Shown piece after piece: positions 14,610 through 28,700 of a stretch of 64,000 nt of DNA. Location of the stretch: assembly GCF_006345805.1 (NCBI RefSeq), contig NC_043002.1, positions 55,056,001 through 55,120,000 of the forward strand, in the 5' to 3' direction. Origin of the DNA: Octopus sinensis (taxonomy: Eukaryota). Positions within the stretch are counted from its first letter, which is position 1. Each line of letters starts with the position of its first letter. The notes under the pieces were generated by a model. That model worked only from the letters and a program-made list of their open reading frames with translations, searched no databases and was not told where the DNA came from. The position numbers and the translations under genes were made by a program.

Positions 14610-14649
<40 letters not shown>

Positions 14650-15077
14650 GCTCTCCCTCCATCTCTCTCTCACATGCCCCCTCTCTCACATGCCCCCCCC
14701 TCTCTCACACACATGCACTGACACTCCGTCAGTTACAAAGAGTATTCCAGCTTCCTCGTGAAATTATTGTGCAAGTGGCTGAGCACTCCACAGACACGCA
14801 TACCCTTAACGTTGTTCTCAGGGAGATTCAGCGTGACACAGAATGTGACTTGGCTGGCCCCTTTGGAATTACGGGTACTACTCATTTTTGCCAGCTGAGT
14901 GGACTGGAGCAACGCGAAATAAAGTGTCTTGCTCAAGGACACAACATGCTGCCAGGAATGGAACTCATGACCTTACAATTGTGAGCTGAATGCTCTAACC
15001 ACTGGGCACATGCCTTCATATTATTATATGCTAGATGAATGATCAGCATATATGTTACATGTATATACACAGAATTT

Positions 15078-15121
<44 letters not shown>

Positions 15122-16261
15122 CTGATGATAGAAATGTCGAGTTGACTAATCTTGAAACGTACGTTGTACGACCACACTTGGAATTCGCATCATCAGTTTG
15201 GAACCCCTATCTTGCACAGAACATTGACCTCCTGGAATCTGTCCAGAGACGTGCAACCAAACGCATACCCTCCATCAGACACCTACCATATTCTGAGCGC
15301 CTTGTTTCCCTGGGCATGGATTCACTGAAGCTCCGGCGTTTGGCGACGGACTTGGTAAACACCCACAAAGTTATCAACCACCTCACCAACAACAACACTG
15401 AACACCTTTTTGATCTCCATGTGTCTAACACACGGGACATGCCTACAAAGTCAGAAAACAATACAGCTCCCATAACTTTCGGAAACATTTTTTCACGCTC
15501 AGAGTTGCTGAAGCATGGAATAAACTGCCTGCGTCAGTTGTTGACTGCCATGACACTGCATCTTTTAAGGCCCTCATGCTTTCCGAAATCCGCCGAAACT
15601 ACACCTGATTATATATACACTTTAGATGAGTTGTAGTGCACCTGAGCACTGTACACAATTATTATTATTATTATTACATCTCCCCCCACAGCTGGAATAT
15701 GGAGAAGATTTCATAAGGCAAAAAGTGATGTCAGTCAGCTGAATGAAAGAGGAAATCGTTTTTGCCTTATTTGAACCATTTTGGTTCCAAATCCACCTGA
15801 GACCACGTTTTTGTTCTCTGATATAAAATTGCCATTTTAAAGTAACACAAGTTTAAAACCTTCCATCAAAATTCCATTCTAATTTATATTCCAATCACTG
15901 CTTTAGTAATGACAAAGTTATTTCACTAAATACTTTATTATTTTCAAAATTAATTGAAATGGCAGTACTCCAGCATGGCCACAGCCTCAAGGCTGAAACA
16001 TGTAAAAGAATAGCAGCAAAGTACAGTTCTGTATTTAAGAGATGATGAATTATGTACCTTATTTACATTATTTACATTTGACAGATATTTGTCCTCCTCT
16101 TGTTTGTTGTTAACACAACATTTTGGTTGATATACCCTCCAGCCTTCGTCAGGTGTCTTGGGGAAATTTCGAACCTGGGTTCTCATTCCTTTGGTATTTT
16201 TCTTGGGGTTAAGAGCATGGGCTACTAACCCCAAGATTCCGAGTTTGATTCCTGGCAGTGA

Positions 16262-16296
<35 letters not shown>

Positions 16297-18601
16297 TTGA
16301 AAAATACCTCAGGAATGAGACCCCAGGTTCAAAATTTCCCCAAGACAACTGATGAAGGTTGGAGAGTATATCAGCTGAAATGATGTGTTAACAGCAAACA
16401 AGATGAGGACAAATATCTGTCAAATGTAGATAATGAACAGCAAAGTATTTCAACAGAAATACGGGAACAGAAGGATTAAAGAATGATTAAGAGTTGAGAG
16501 AGAGTGAGCATTATGACTAATGCATTGCAGCTGGTCAAGCACCAATCTAGATGCTTCTTCACTATACTATTGTCTGTTGATATTGATTACATGAAAATTA
16601 ACCATGAAACAGGAGTTTGGGTGGCAACATAAGATGAATATTGAAAGTTTTGTAACATATTTTATTGATTGTGGAAGTTGCTATAGATTATTGAACACTG
16701 CTATAATTCTTTGCACATATATTGATTGTGTGTGTTGGTTAGTGTAGGTTTTTTTCTGATGAAAGTTTGAGGCGAATATGTGTGCAAAAATCAGCAAATG
16801 TGTGAGAGTGGAAGCTAGACAGACTTGATGAAGCTCTAAGCTTTTATAAAGTTTTTAAACCAGAGGTTCTCAAACTTTCTGAGCCACTGCTCCACTCAGT
16901 CACATGATACCCCCAGTGCCCCTACCTCTATTTTTATGTAAAAATATATATTTTATATTTTACTAATTAAAAATACTATGAATCATTTGATATTCAATAT
17001 AATATATTTGTATACAATACTATAATATAATAAATTTATAGCGTCCCCCAATCCACTGTCTTCTTCCCAACACTTTTTCTTTCTCTACTGCCCCTTCCCG
17101 ACTGCCCCCTTAGGCACCAACGCCCACTTGGACCCTCCCAATGCCCACTGGGGAGCAGTAGCGCCAACTTTGTGAATGTATGTCTTAAACAAAGATGTTC
17201 TGTTTTAAAAGGTAATTAAAACTATTTCAGTATTATTGGGTTCCTGTGGATTGTTTGGTCCCTAAGTTGTTGCTTGTTTAGCTTCTGTCTGGCCCTGATG
17301 GGAGCAAACTAGTGAGAGTCACCTGGTTGGTGACTAGCAAACTATGATTGCAACAAGTGAGTGCAGGTGGGGGAGAAACAAAAGGGCTAGATGTGAGGGA
17401 GAACAAACTTAGATACCTTGTGGTATTTAGTTAGATTTCTTTATATCCTGAGTTGAAATCCTTTCAGTGTTGATCTTGTTTTCTTCCGAGGTTGAAAAAC
17501 AAAATAAAGTTATGTAATGGGGAAAAATAGGATTCCTAAATTTATGTTTACGTGTCAATGGAAGGATATCAGAAAAGCTAATGGTGTTGTTGTTTAATTG
17601 TGATCAAACAGTCATGTGATCATGTGTATTCCATCCATGCCCATCATACCTCTTTAGGGCTTTCTGTGTCCTTTCCTCATTCAAGGTAGTAGGCTGTGAT
17701 TTAAGGGAGATTTGGCTGCTATTTCTGTTACATTGAGTGACCAAGTAGGAGCTTCCTACTGTTGTTGCTATTCTGTGCCAGGGTGACTCTGATCTCTGAA
17801 GATAGTCCATCTGTGGCCATCCTGTCATATTCTTCTTTTTACAAACTAAGTCTATCCACAATCACATTATCCATCGTTTCTTTCTGCCTTTTAAGACAGA
17901 GGCTGTAATATGAGGGAGAATTGGCTACTATTTCTAGCTAGCAGGTCAAGTGATCATGTAGAGGCTCTCTCAGTAGTTTGTTGTAGTGATGGTGGTGGAG
18001 GTGATGATGGTAGCAAAGGTGGTGGTGGAGGTTGTACTGATTGGTGTGTTGGTTGTGATGGTGGAGGTGATTTTAGTGGTGTGGTGGTGTGTGTGAGCAT
18101 GTGTGTGTGTATGTGTATCCATCTATTTGTGGGATAGGGTGTCCAATACCCCTTTCCAGCTGCTGTAATCTAAATGGTTATTAGAGCTGGAGTGTAATTT
18201 TGAAGGACATTCTTTGCCTGTGAGCCAAGAGAGGGAGAGGGAGAAAGTGGGGGGGGGGATGGTTCTGTGTTTACTGCTGACTAGCTGGCTGGCTAGTTGG
18301 TTGGTTGGCTGGCTGGTTGTCCCTTCCTCATTCTGCTTTTTTCTTCAGTGACTGGCTAGATTGGTAGGCTGAGTCTTGTGACTTTAGGAGTTGTGCGTGG
18401 GGGTGCGGTTGTTAAGATTATTCCACACCCACCACCTGGAGATAGGACATGTACTCCGATGAGAGAGAGAGAGAGAGAGGAGTGGGGAAAACCAATGTAA
18501 GAGAGAAAGATTCAGGTCTTTAAAGATCGGCAGTTTTGTCTTTACTCAAACCGCTTTTTTGTGCCAACAATATGGTGAGGGTGGTAAGAGAGGGGGTAGA
18601 A

Positions 18602-18662
<61 letters not shown>

Positions 18663-21600
18663 GAGAGAGAAAGGGAGGTTTTACAGAATAAAAACAAAGG
18701 TTTTCTTTTGATATTTAAAATCTTGCTTGATGGAAACTATGAGGAAGCCCATTTTGAAGGACCATTCCTGTTTCTGTGGAGCAGATGTTGAGGGCGCATG
18801 AGGTGGGGAGGGTCAAAAACCTCAACTGAAAGCAATAGAACTCCTCCCCTCCCCATTTCTACTCAAAAGGCTTTTATTTACCATATTTGATGGCGCTGGC
18901 ATCGGCCATGTACGGATGGTGCTTTTTATGTGCCACCAGCACAGGTGCCAGGGGAGGCTGGCAATGGCCACGATCAGCAGGATTGAGGGCAAAGTCGACC
19001 TCAGTAGGATTTGAGTTGAGAATGTAAAGAACCAGAATTAAATCCCACGAGGCAAATTTGTCCAATCTCTAAGGATTCTATCAGTGCACTACTCTTCATA
19101 GTTTCAAACTTAAGCACAAAGTCAAAAATTTAAGGGAGGGATCTATCAAAAGAAATGAATCTCCAGTACTTGACTCATACTTTATTTTAACCCTTTAGCA
19201 TTTAAATCAGCCTAGATATTCTACCTATTTTATGGTCAAACTGGCAAGATCCAGGCTCTCACACCTATTCTATTAGGTTGTCCAGAAAGTTCATGCCAAT
19301 TTATAGTAGCTTACCTTTCGATTTATTTTAGAACGTAGTTGAGTCCATAAAATAGGATTTTACTACACCTCCATTTAGAGCACAGTTTAAGCTACCTTTT
19401 TGTGGAAGAAGGTTTATGTTCCTATAACCTGTGTTAATTCTGTAACCCTTTAAAATGGAAGATAAGAAAGTTCATTTTTGGCACTTGATGCTTTGGGAAC
19501 TAGACAAAAATTGCTGCAGCTCGGCTGGGATGTGTTACCCCCCACCCATATTCACCAGATATTGCTCCTTCGGATTTCCAATTATTCAGGTCTCTGCAGA
19601 ATAGTCTTAATGGTAAAAATTTCAATTCCTTGGATGACATAAAAAGATACCTTGATGAATTCCTTGCCATAAAACCACCTCAATACTGGGAAGAGGGTAT
19701 TTTCAAGTTAAAGGAAAGCTGGAGACGCATTGTGCAACAAATTGGTTCATATATATATGTACACATATATGTATGTAACCAAAGACATTTCTCTCTGCAA
19801 AGGACAATGGCCATCTTTGCTTTCCACTGTTCTATGTGAGATGCTGCTTATGGTAGCATGCGGTGAAGATGAGAGGGGTAGTAATGTGGCCACCCACACT
19901 CCCTTTTGCCTTCTCTTTCATAAAACCAATTTGAGAAATTGCCGGTTGAAATTTCAATGTCAGCAGCTGTGTGATGTCCTTGAACAAGACACTCTCCAAT
20001 AGCTCAGTTAGTGTAGTTGTAAGTAGATTGCACAGAACTACAATAAATGACTGCAACAGTCAAATTGATGAGTGTTTGTTTAGTTTGCAGGGATGAATTC
20101 AACATACCAGTTGCATACTGGGGTCACACTCTATGGTATTTACAGTCTTGTGCCTAAATGCAAGAAATTATTATTGTTGTTGTTGTTATTATTATATTAT
20201 TATTATTATCATCATCATCATTAAGGTGGTGAGCTGGCAGAAATGTTAGCACGCCGGGCGAAATGCTTAGCGGCATTTCATCTGTCTTTACGTTCTGAGT
20301 TCAAATTCCACCGAGGTCAACTCTGCCTTTCATCCTTTTGGGGTTGATAAATTAAGTACCAGTTGTGTACTGGGGTTGATCTCATCGACTGGATCCCTCC
20401 CCCCAAATTTCTGGCCTAGTGCCTAGAGTAGAAAAGATCATCATCATTATTATTATTACTAAGGTAGCAAGCTGGAAGATTTGTCGGCATGCCGGGTGAA
20501 ATGCTTAGCTGCATTTCGTCTGGCTGTTTTGAGTTCAAATTCCGCCAAGGCTGACTTGGCCTTTTATTATTTTGAGGTCTTTAAAATAGTTCAAGTAGCA
20601 CACTGGGGTCGATGTTATCAACTTGCCCCCCTCTCCCAACACTGCTGGCCTTGTGCAAAAACTTTGAAATGTCTATATTGTTATTGTTGTAGAGGGTTTG
20701 TAGTTTTCTGATGTTTGTTGGAAGTGGTCCTTGTTGTGTTTGAAATGTTCTCTCTTTCTATGACTCTGACTGTTGTATCAATGTCTTCATCCTTCTCCTC
20801 CTCCTACTCTTCCCTGCCATCATCCTCTCTTTTAGCCTCTCATCCTTATCATCTGATATTCCATCTTTATCATCATCATCATCATCATCATCGTGATCAT
20901 CACTATCCCCTCCCTCTGCTACCACCTTTGTCATCATCACCAAAACCACCACCACCACCATCAACATAATCATTGCCATCACAATCATCATCATCATTAT
21001 CACCATGCCCCTCCTTCCACTACCATCACCCTACCATCATCAATGTCATTGTTGCCACGACCACCACCACTGCCATAATGACTATTATTGCCCTCCATGT
21101 TTATTGTATTTGTTCCATTGTTTTCCTAGCATTCCTCTTTTCTCCTCCACCAATTAAACAAACCCACTTCTCTGCCTCCAGCTCCTCCTCCTCCACCTCT
21201 TCCTCACCATCATTCTCCTTATTACCATTACCATCCTCAGCATCCATCGCCACCACCGCCACCACCATTGTCACCATGACCTGTCATCAGCATTGTTATC
21301 GTTGTTGTTGTTGTTGTTATCTGAACTGGAATGCTGTGCATGCTGTCGGTGGGGGAGGGGGTTCCCCTCAGCAAGTGGTTCACAATGATATGGCCTGTGT
21401 TTCTGCTTCCTGTGGCGGCGGCGGAGGAGGAGGAGGAAAGGAGAGGGTCACCGTCAGATGCCAGCATCCAGCCTGGCTGTGTTTGTTGGCTGCACAAGCC
21501 AAACTCACCCACACACACATTAACAACAAGAATGAGGAAAATACAAAAAGGAAAGTTACTGTCGGCTGTTGAAGCTTAAAACACTGCCGGCTGAATGTTT

Positions 21601-22726
21601 GCATTCTTTAATGTGAACATACAGACATACATCATCATCATCATCATCGTTTAACGTCCGTTTTCCATGCTAGCATGGGTTAGACGGTTCAACCGGGGTC
21701 TGGGAAGCCAGTAGGCTGCACCAGGCTCCAGTCTGATCTGGCAGTGTTTCTACAGATGCATGCCCTTCCTAACGCCAACCACTCTGTGAATGTAGTGGGT
21801 GCTTTTTACGTGCCACTGGCACAGGTGCCAGGGGAGGCTGGCAGCGGCCATGATTGGTTGGTGCTTTTTACGTTCCACCGGCATAGGTATCACAACTACA
21901 ATTCCCATTTGATTTATATTTTGATGTACTTGACTCAATAGGTCTCCTCAAGCACAACAGGTCACCCTACAATCCAAAGTAAGCACAGTAGGCCGTCCTG
22001 CGATCCAAGGTACTTTGGATGGGCTGGGGCTGCTATGTGAAGCTGGTGCAGGAAACAACCATGAACTCACGTTATTTGTTGGGTCTTCGCAGTCACATCA
22101 TATCTCCAGAGGTCTTGGTCATGCTTCATTGCCTCTGTGAGGCCCAACATTCAAAGGTCATGCTTGACCACCTCATTCCATGTCTTCCTAGGTCTACCTC
22201 TACCCCAGATTCCTTCAACTGTTGGGGAGTGACACTTCTTCACACATCTCTCCTCATCCATCCGTAGTACATGACCATACCAGAGCAAATGTCTCTCTTG
22301 CACACCACATCTGATGCTTCTTATGTTCAGTATTTCTCTCAGGGTGCTTACACTCTGTCATGTGTGCACACTGACATTACACATCCAGCAGATCATGCTA
22401 GCTTCATTTCTTTCAAGCCTACGCATGTCCTCCTCAGTCACAGCCCATGTTTCACTGCCGTGAAGCATGGCAGTTTGCACACATGCATTGTACAATCTAC
22501 CTTTCACTCTGAGCGAGAGACCATTTGTCACCAGTAGGGGTAGAAGCTTTCTAAACTTTGCCCAGGCTATTCTTATTCTAGTGGTGACACTCTCTGAGCA
22601 TCCACCTCCACTACTAACTTGGTCACCTAGATAGCAGAAACTATCAACCACTTCCAGTTTCTCCCCTTGGAGTGTGATGGAACCATTCGTCAGTCTCCAG
22701 TTTCCACATCGTCCACCAAATATACA

Positions 22727-22769
<43 letters not shown>

Positions 22770-22805
22770 GTGTATATAATATATATATATATATTATATG
22801 TATAT

Positions 22806-22848
<43 letters not shown>

Positions 22849-23221
22849 TATATATATATACGTGTATATATATATATATATATATTACATACGTGTATAT
22901 ATATATATATATATACATCGTGTATATATATATTATATATATATATAATCTATATATATATATATATACATACGTGTATTATATATATATATATATATTA
23001 TATACATACGTGTATATATATATATATATATATACATACGTGTATATATATATATAATATATATACATACGTGTATATATATATATATATATACATACGT
23101 GTTATATATATATATATATATAATACATACGTGTAATATATATATATATATATACATACGTGTATATATATATATATATATACGTGTATATATATATATA
23201 TATACATACGTGTATATATAT

Positions 23222-23257
<36 letters not shown>

Positions 23258-23330
23258 CATACTGTATATATATATATTATACATACGTGTATATATATAT
23301 ATATATAATATATATATATTATATACATAC

Positions 23331-23368
<38 letters not shown>

Positions 23369-23440
23369 TACGTGTATATATATATATATATATTATATAT
23401 ATATATACTACGTGTATATATATGTATATATATATATATA

Positions 23441-23479
<39 letters not shown>

Positions 23480-23650
23480 CGTGGTATATATATATTATAA
23501 TATATATATACATACGTGTATATATATATATATATATACATACGTTATATATATATATATATTATATACGTGTATATATATATATATATATACATACGTG
23601 TATATATATATATATATATACATACGTGTATATATATATATATACATACG

Positions 23651-23693
<43 letters not shown>

Positions 23694-23750
23694 CGTGTAT
23701 ATATATATATATACATACGTGTATATATATATATACATACGTGTATATAT

Positions 23751-23784
<34 letters not shown>

Positions 23785-24006
23785 GTGTATATATATATAT
23801 ACATACATACATGTGTATATATATATATACATACATACATGTATATATAATATATACATACATACATGTATATATACATACATGTATATATTATATATAT
23901 ATACACATATGTGTATTATATATATAATCTAGAGAAAAACCTAACAAACAATAATATATAAATATATGCATATATAAATAATATATATAATATATAGTTA
24001 TATAAT

Positions 24007-24056
<50 letters not shown>

Positions 24057-24057
24057 G

Positions 24058-24102
<45 letters not shown>

Positions 24103-24204
24103 GTATATATAATATATATATATGTATATATATATATGTATATATATATATATGTATATATATATATGTATATATATATATGTATATATATATGTATATA
24201 TATG

Positions 24205-24251
<47 letters not shown>

Positions 24252-24307
24252 GTATATATATATGTATGTATATATATATATATATATATATGTATAATAT
24301 ATGTATG

Positions 24308-24344
<37 letters not shown>

Positions 24345-24412
24345 TATATGTATATATATGTATATATATATGTATATATATGTATGTATATATGTATGTA
24401 TGTATATATATG

Positions 24413-24444
<32 letters not shown>

Positions 24445-25605
24445 TATGTATATATATATACACATTATATATGTGTGTTATGTATATTTATTACATACAT
24501 ATGCACACACGTACACACACATACATATATCCTGATCCAATCCCAGTCTCATTTTCCTCTTCATTCTTCCAACTACTCCTACCACTCCTCACCTATCTCC
24601 ACCATCCTCCATCCATCTTCATCCCCATCACTGCATCCCACCACCACCACCACCACCACCACCACTAGTATTTTAGTCTCACATACTAGTCTGTTGTTGT
24701 TAGATTAGTGAGACTGAAGCACCTCTCACCCTCTCCCCTTTCCCTCCAGTCAGTGGAAGCTGATGGTAGTTTATTTGTGCTTGTGACTTCCTTTGAACCT
24801 GTTGACCAGGTTTTGGTTTAAGGTCCAGACGAGACAAACCAAGGAGTTGGGGTTGCACACACACACGCACACACGCATGAAGGACATTAAGAAATGCAAT
24901 GCAGAAAAGGACCGAAGCAAAACAAACTGGGAGCTGACTTGGTGACGGTGTGTATCTGTGTCTTTATATGCAATTAGAAGAGTTGATACTAGAGGTGGTG
25001 GTGGTGGTGGAATGTTATGTTCAGCGAAAGAGAGAAGGAGAGAGAGAGAGAGAGGGAGGGAGAGAAATGATGGTCTCCTGCTGTGTTTTTTTTAAACACA
25101 GTTCGGTTATACTTTACATGTTATCATTATCAACATCATTGCTGTTGCCTCTTCTTCATCATCATCATCATCATCATCAAGACCACAAGCTGGCGGTACC
25201 ATTAGCACTCTGGACAAAATGTTGCTAAGCATTTTGTCCATGTTTATGTTCTGAGTTCAAATTCCGCTGAGGTTGACTTTGTCTTTCAAGTCCTGGGGCT
25301 GGTTGGTGTAATCGACTAGCCTGCTCCTTCCTCCCCACCACCCAATGTCTGTCCTCATGCTGATACAAAAAAAGAAGGGATTACTATTAAGGAGGTAAGC
25401 TGGCAAAACTGTTAGCAAAATGATGCAAAACAGTTTGTATCTTTACATTCTGAGTTCAAATCCTGATGAGGTCAACTTTGTTTCATCCCTTTGGGGCCAT
25501 CAAAATAAAGTACCTGACAAGTACTGGGAACAATGTAATAGTCCCACCTCTAAAATTACTGGCCTCTAGTCAAAAGAATTGTGGTTATTATAATTACTAT
25601 AATCA

Positions 25606-25647
<42 letters not shown>

Positions 25648-25683
25648 TATTATTATCATTATCATCATCATTATTATTATCAT

Positions 25684-25721
<38 letters not shown>

Positions 25722-28700
25722 TAATCATCATCATCATTATTATTATTATTTTGATTCTTGCTGTTTGTTTTACCGTTATTCTTTACTTGAAAGCAGGCAA
25801 TAACAAATCACCAAAGATTTCAAGTGTTGCCCTCTCCTTAGAATGTGAGCTGTACCCAAAAATGCTGTCTTCTGGATCACCTCCAGCCTGACAGCAGCTC
25901 CAATATTCTTAATATGTTTTTCAAAGCCCTTGGAAACTACTCCTAATGCTCTAATTACCACCGGTAGCCCCATTACTTTCCTCATGTTCCATAACTTTCC
26001 AATCTCGTTCCGCAGTGACTGCTATTTCTCAAACTTTCCCGTTTCCTTACTTTTCACCCTTGAATCGTTTGGTATTGCAACATCTATTATCTTTATTATT
26101 ATTACTATTACTATTAGCCCTGTTATATCACTTTGGACTCATTTGTGTTCTATCCCTACTAATTAATGTTCTGTAATTATATTTCAGCTTTCATTTAGTT
26201 TTTGTAAAGATCCCCGTCCACCAGACCAGTGTTTCCCAACCCTTTTTCACCTATGTGGATCTCTTTGGTTCCTCATTTATTCTAGCAGACTTTTATAGCC
26301 ATTCATTGGAGACGAGAAACAAAAAAAAATGCCATTATATTTTTATGATGAAATATTATTAGGAATTGTATAAAAATAATTATTAACACATTTTTGCGAT
26401 TTTAAATGAATAATCATTTGACTGCAAATAAATTGTAAACAGTAAAATCTTATGTGGACCCCCAAGGTCCTTAAGGACCCTGGTTGAGAACCACTGGTCT
26501 AAAGGATGGAGATGTTTTGGATTTGTCATGTGCTAACCAGCTTTGAGAAACAGACTGGGTTAATTCAGTTTTATCCCCAGTGTATTACTGCTACCTTACT
26601 TTGCTGATTGCAAGAGGATGAATGGTAATTCTGATCATGTTGAGATTTGATCTTGGAATGTAAATCGTTGAAACGAGGCATTTGGTCCTGTATCCTTCCT
26701 CTTCTGTATGTCCAAAGAAAACAAAATTAACAGTCATTCTCACATTGGCTTTCCTCCTATGGCCATCACTTTGTAAATTATTTCTAATGACTTTTATTTA
26801 AAAAATACTCCGTTTGCTGAGAATGTTTCTTGGTAGGATACAAAGATATCTTCCAGTTTCCTCCCTTTACTTATTTTGTCATCTGACACCGGGTTTTCTT
26901 TTCACTTTCTTTTTCCTTTTTAAGGATTTGGTGGTCAGGAACTCTGTGTGTTGTATCTTCGCCCCCCCCCCACCCATCACCGCTTAATGACTAGTGTTGG
27001 TTTGTTTATGCCCTTGTGACTTAGCTGTCAGGCAAAAGAGACTGAAAGAACAAATAGCAGATCCTACAAGACTCTGCTCCAGCATGGCTGCAGTCCAGTG
27101 ACTGAAACAAGTGGAAAAAAGAATAAAATAAATAATGTCAGAAAAAAAAGTAAAAACAAAACAAAAAGCAAAAAATGCAATTTTAATTTTTTTCTTTTTT
27201 TTTCAGATAATGCCAATTGATAAAAATGGTAACAATATTTATGAATGTCCTCAGTGCAAAGAAAATCTGCAGTCACTCCGAGAGTTAACCTCTCACCTCC
27301 GTTCCCATAATGGCATCAATAATTCCAGATCTGATCATGAATGCCATCAGTGCCACAAGATTCTCAGCTCATCCAGTTCTTTGGATCGCCATATGTTGAC
27401 TCATTCTGGTAAGGAACTTTCAGAACAGTTATTAGGGAGGGCAACATTGGTTGCTGTGGTTGTGGGGCTAGTGTGAAGATGGTCATTGTGAGGATTCAGT
27501 TAAAACATTACGCATTTGTATTGATTTCTGAAATTTTGTTCTTTGGAGACCCTTCCATGGAACCATTCATAGACACCTTTCTGAAGAACCAATCGTGGAC
27601 ACTTCTCTCTCTCTCACCCCACATGGAAACCCCTCTCTATATATAGAAACCCTGATTGCAAACTCACTCTAAACAACTTAGTAGTCCTCTTCAGAAAGGC
27701 AGACAGCTGGCAGAATTGTTACCGTGCGGTGCAAAATGCTTAGAAATATCTTGCCCATCTTTTATTCATCATCATCATTTAGCCTCCGCTGTCCATTTTG
27801 GTATGGGTTGGACGGTTTTACCAGGGCTAGCAAGCTGGAAGGCTGCACCAGACTCCAGTCTGATTTGGCATAGTTTCTATGGCTGGATGCCATACCTAAT
27901 GCCAACCACTTTGAGAGTGTAATGGGTGATTTTATATGTCACTGACAGAGGTGCCATTTGCATGACACCTGTATCTGCCATGACTGTGAATTTGGTTGAC
28001 TTGAGTGGTTTTCTTCTCAAGCATGACATAATGCCAAAGGTCTTGATTATTGCCTCTGTGAGGCCCAACACTCGAAAGGTGCTTTTTATGTCCCACCAGC
28101 ATGGGTCCCAGTTGCATGACACCAGCATCAGCCATGGCTGTGATTTCACTTGGCTTGATGGGTCTTCTACTCAAGCACAGCATATTGCTGAAGGTCTCGG
28201 TCACTAGTCATTACCTTTGTGAGGCCCAAAGTTTGAAGATCATGTTTCACCACTTCATTCCATGTCTTCCTGAGCCTACTTCTTCCACAGCTTCCCTCCA
28301 CAGTTAGAAGTCAGCACTTCTTTACACTACTGTCTTCATCCATATGCATCAATGGCCATAGCACTGCAGTCATCTCTCTTGCACACCACATCTGATGCCT
28401 CTTGTGCCTAACTTTTCTCTCAAGATGCTCACACTCTGTCGAACATGCATGCTGACATTGTTCTGAGTTCAATTTCTGCCAAGGTTGACTTCACCTTTCA
28501 TCCTTCTAGGTTTCTATAGAGCGCTGGAATTGATGTAATCTTACTCCTGTGCTTGTAACCCTTGTACCAAAATGTGGAATCAGTTTCCTCTTCAGATGCT
28601 GTTCTATAGAGTCGTTTGGTATGCTAGAAATAGCAGCCACGTTTATTTAATACACTGCTCTACCACATTATTTACATTTGATGGATATTCGTCCTCATCT

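Noticed and set aside
16201-16265. Functional tRNA genes (also all SINE heads)
   Set aside because: Decayed B boxes, poor acceptor stems, embedded in repeats.
16024-16437. Interpreting insertions A and C as classical MITEs
   Set aside because: Arms are unequal, TSD lengths vary (9-12 bp), and the arms contain a hammerhead core; this fits a Penelope-type retroelement better.
20715-21604. Poly-His/Ser/Thr ORFs
   Set aside because: Trinucleotide low complexity on both strands; no splice or codon support.
22358-24708. Many long Y/I/C-rich ORFs
   Set aside because: Translations of (TA)n arrays, which lack stops in some frames; only the RTE part of ORF 22358-22918 is real (TE).
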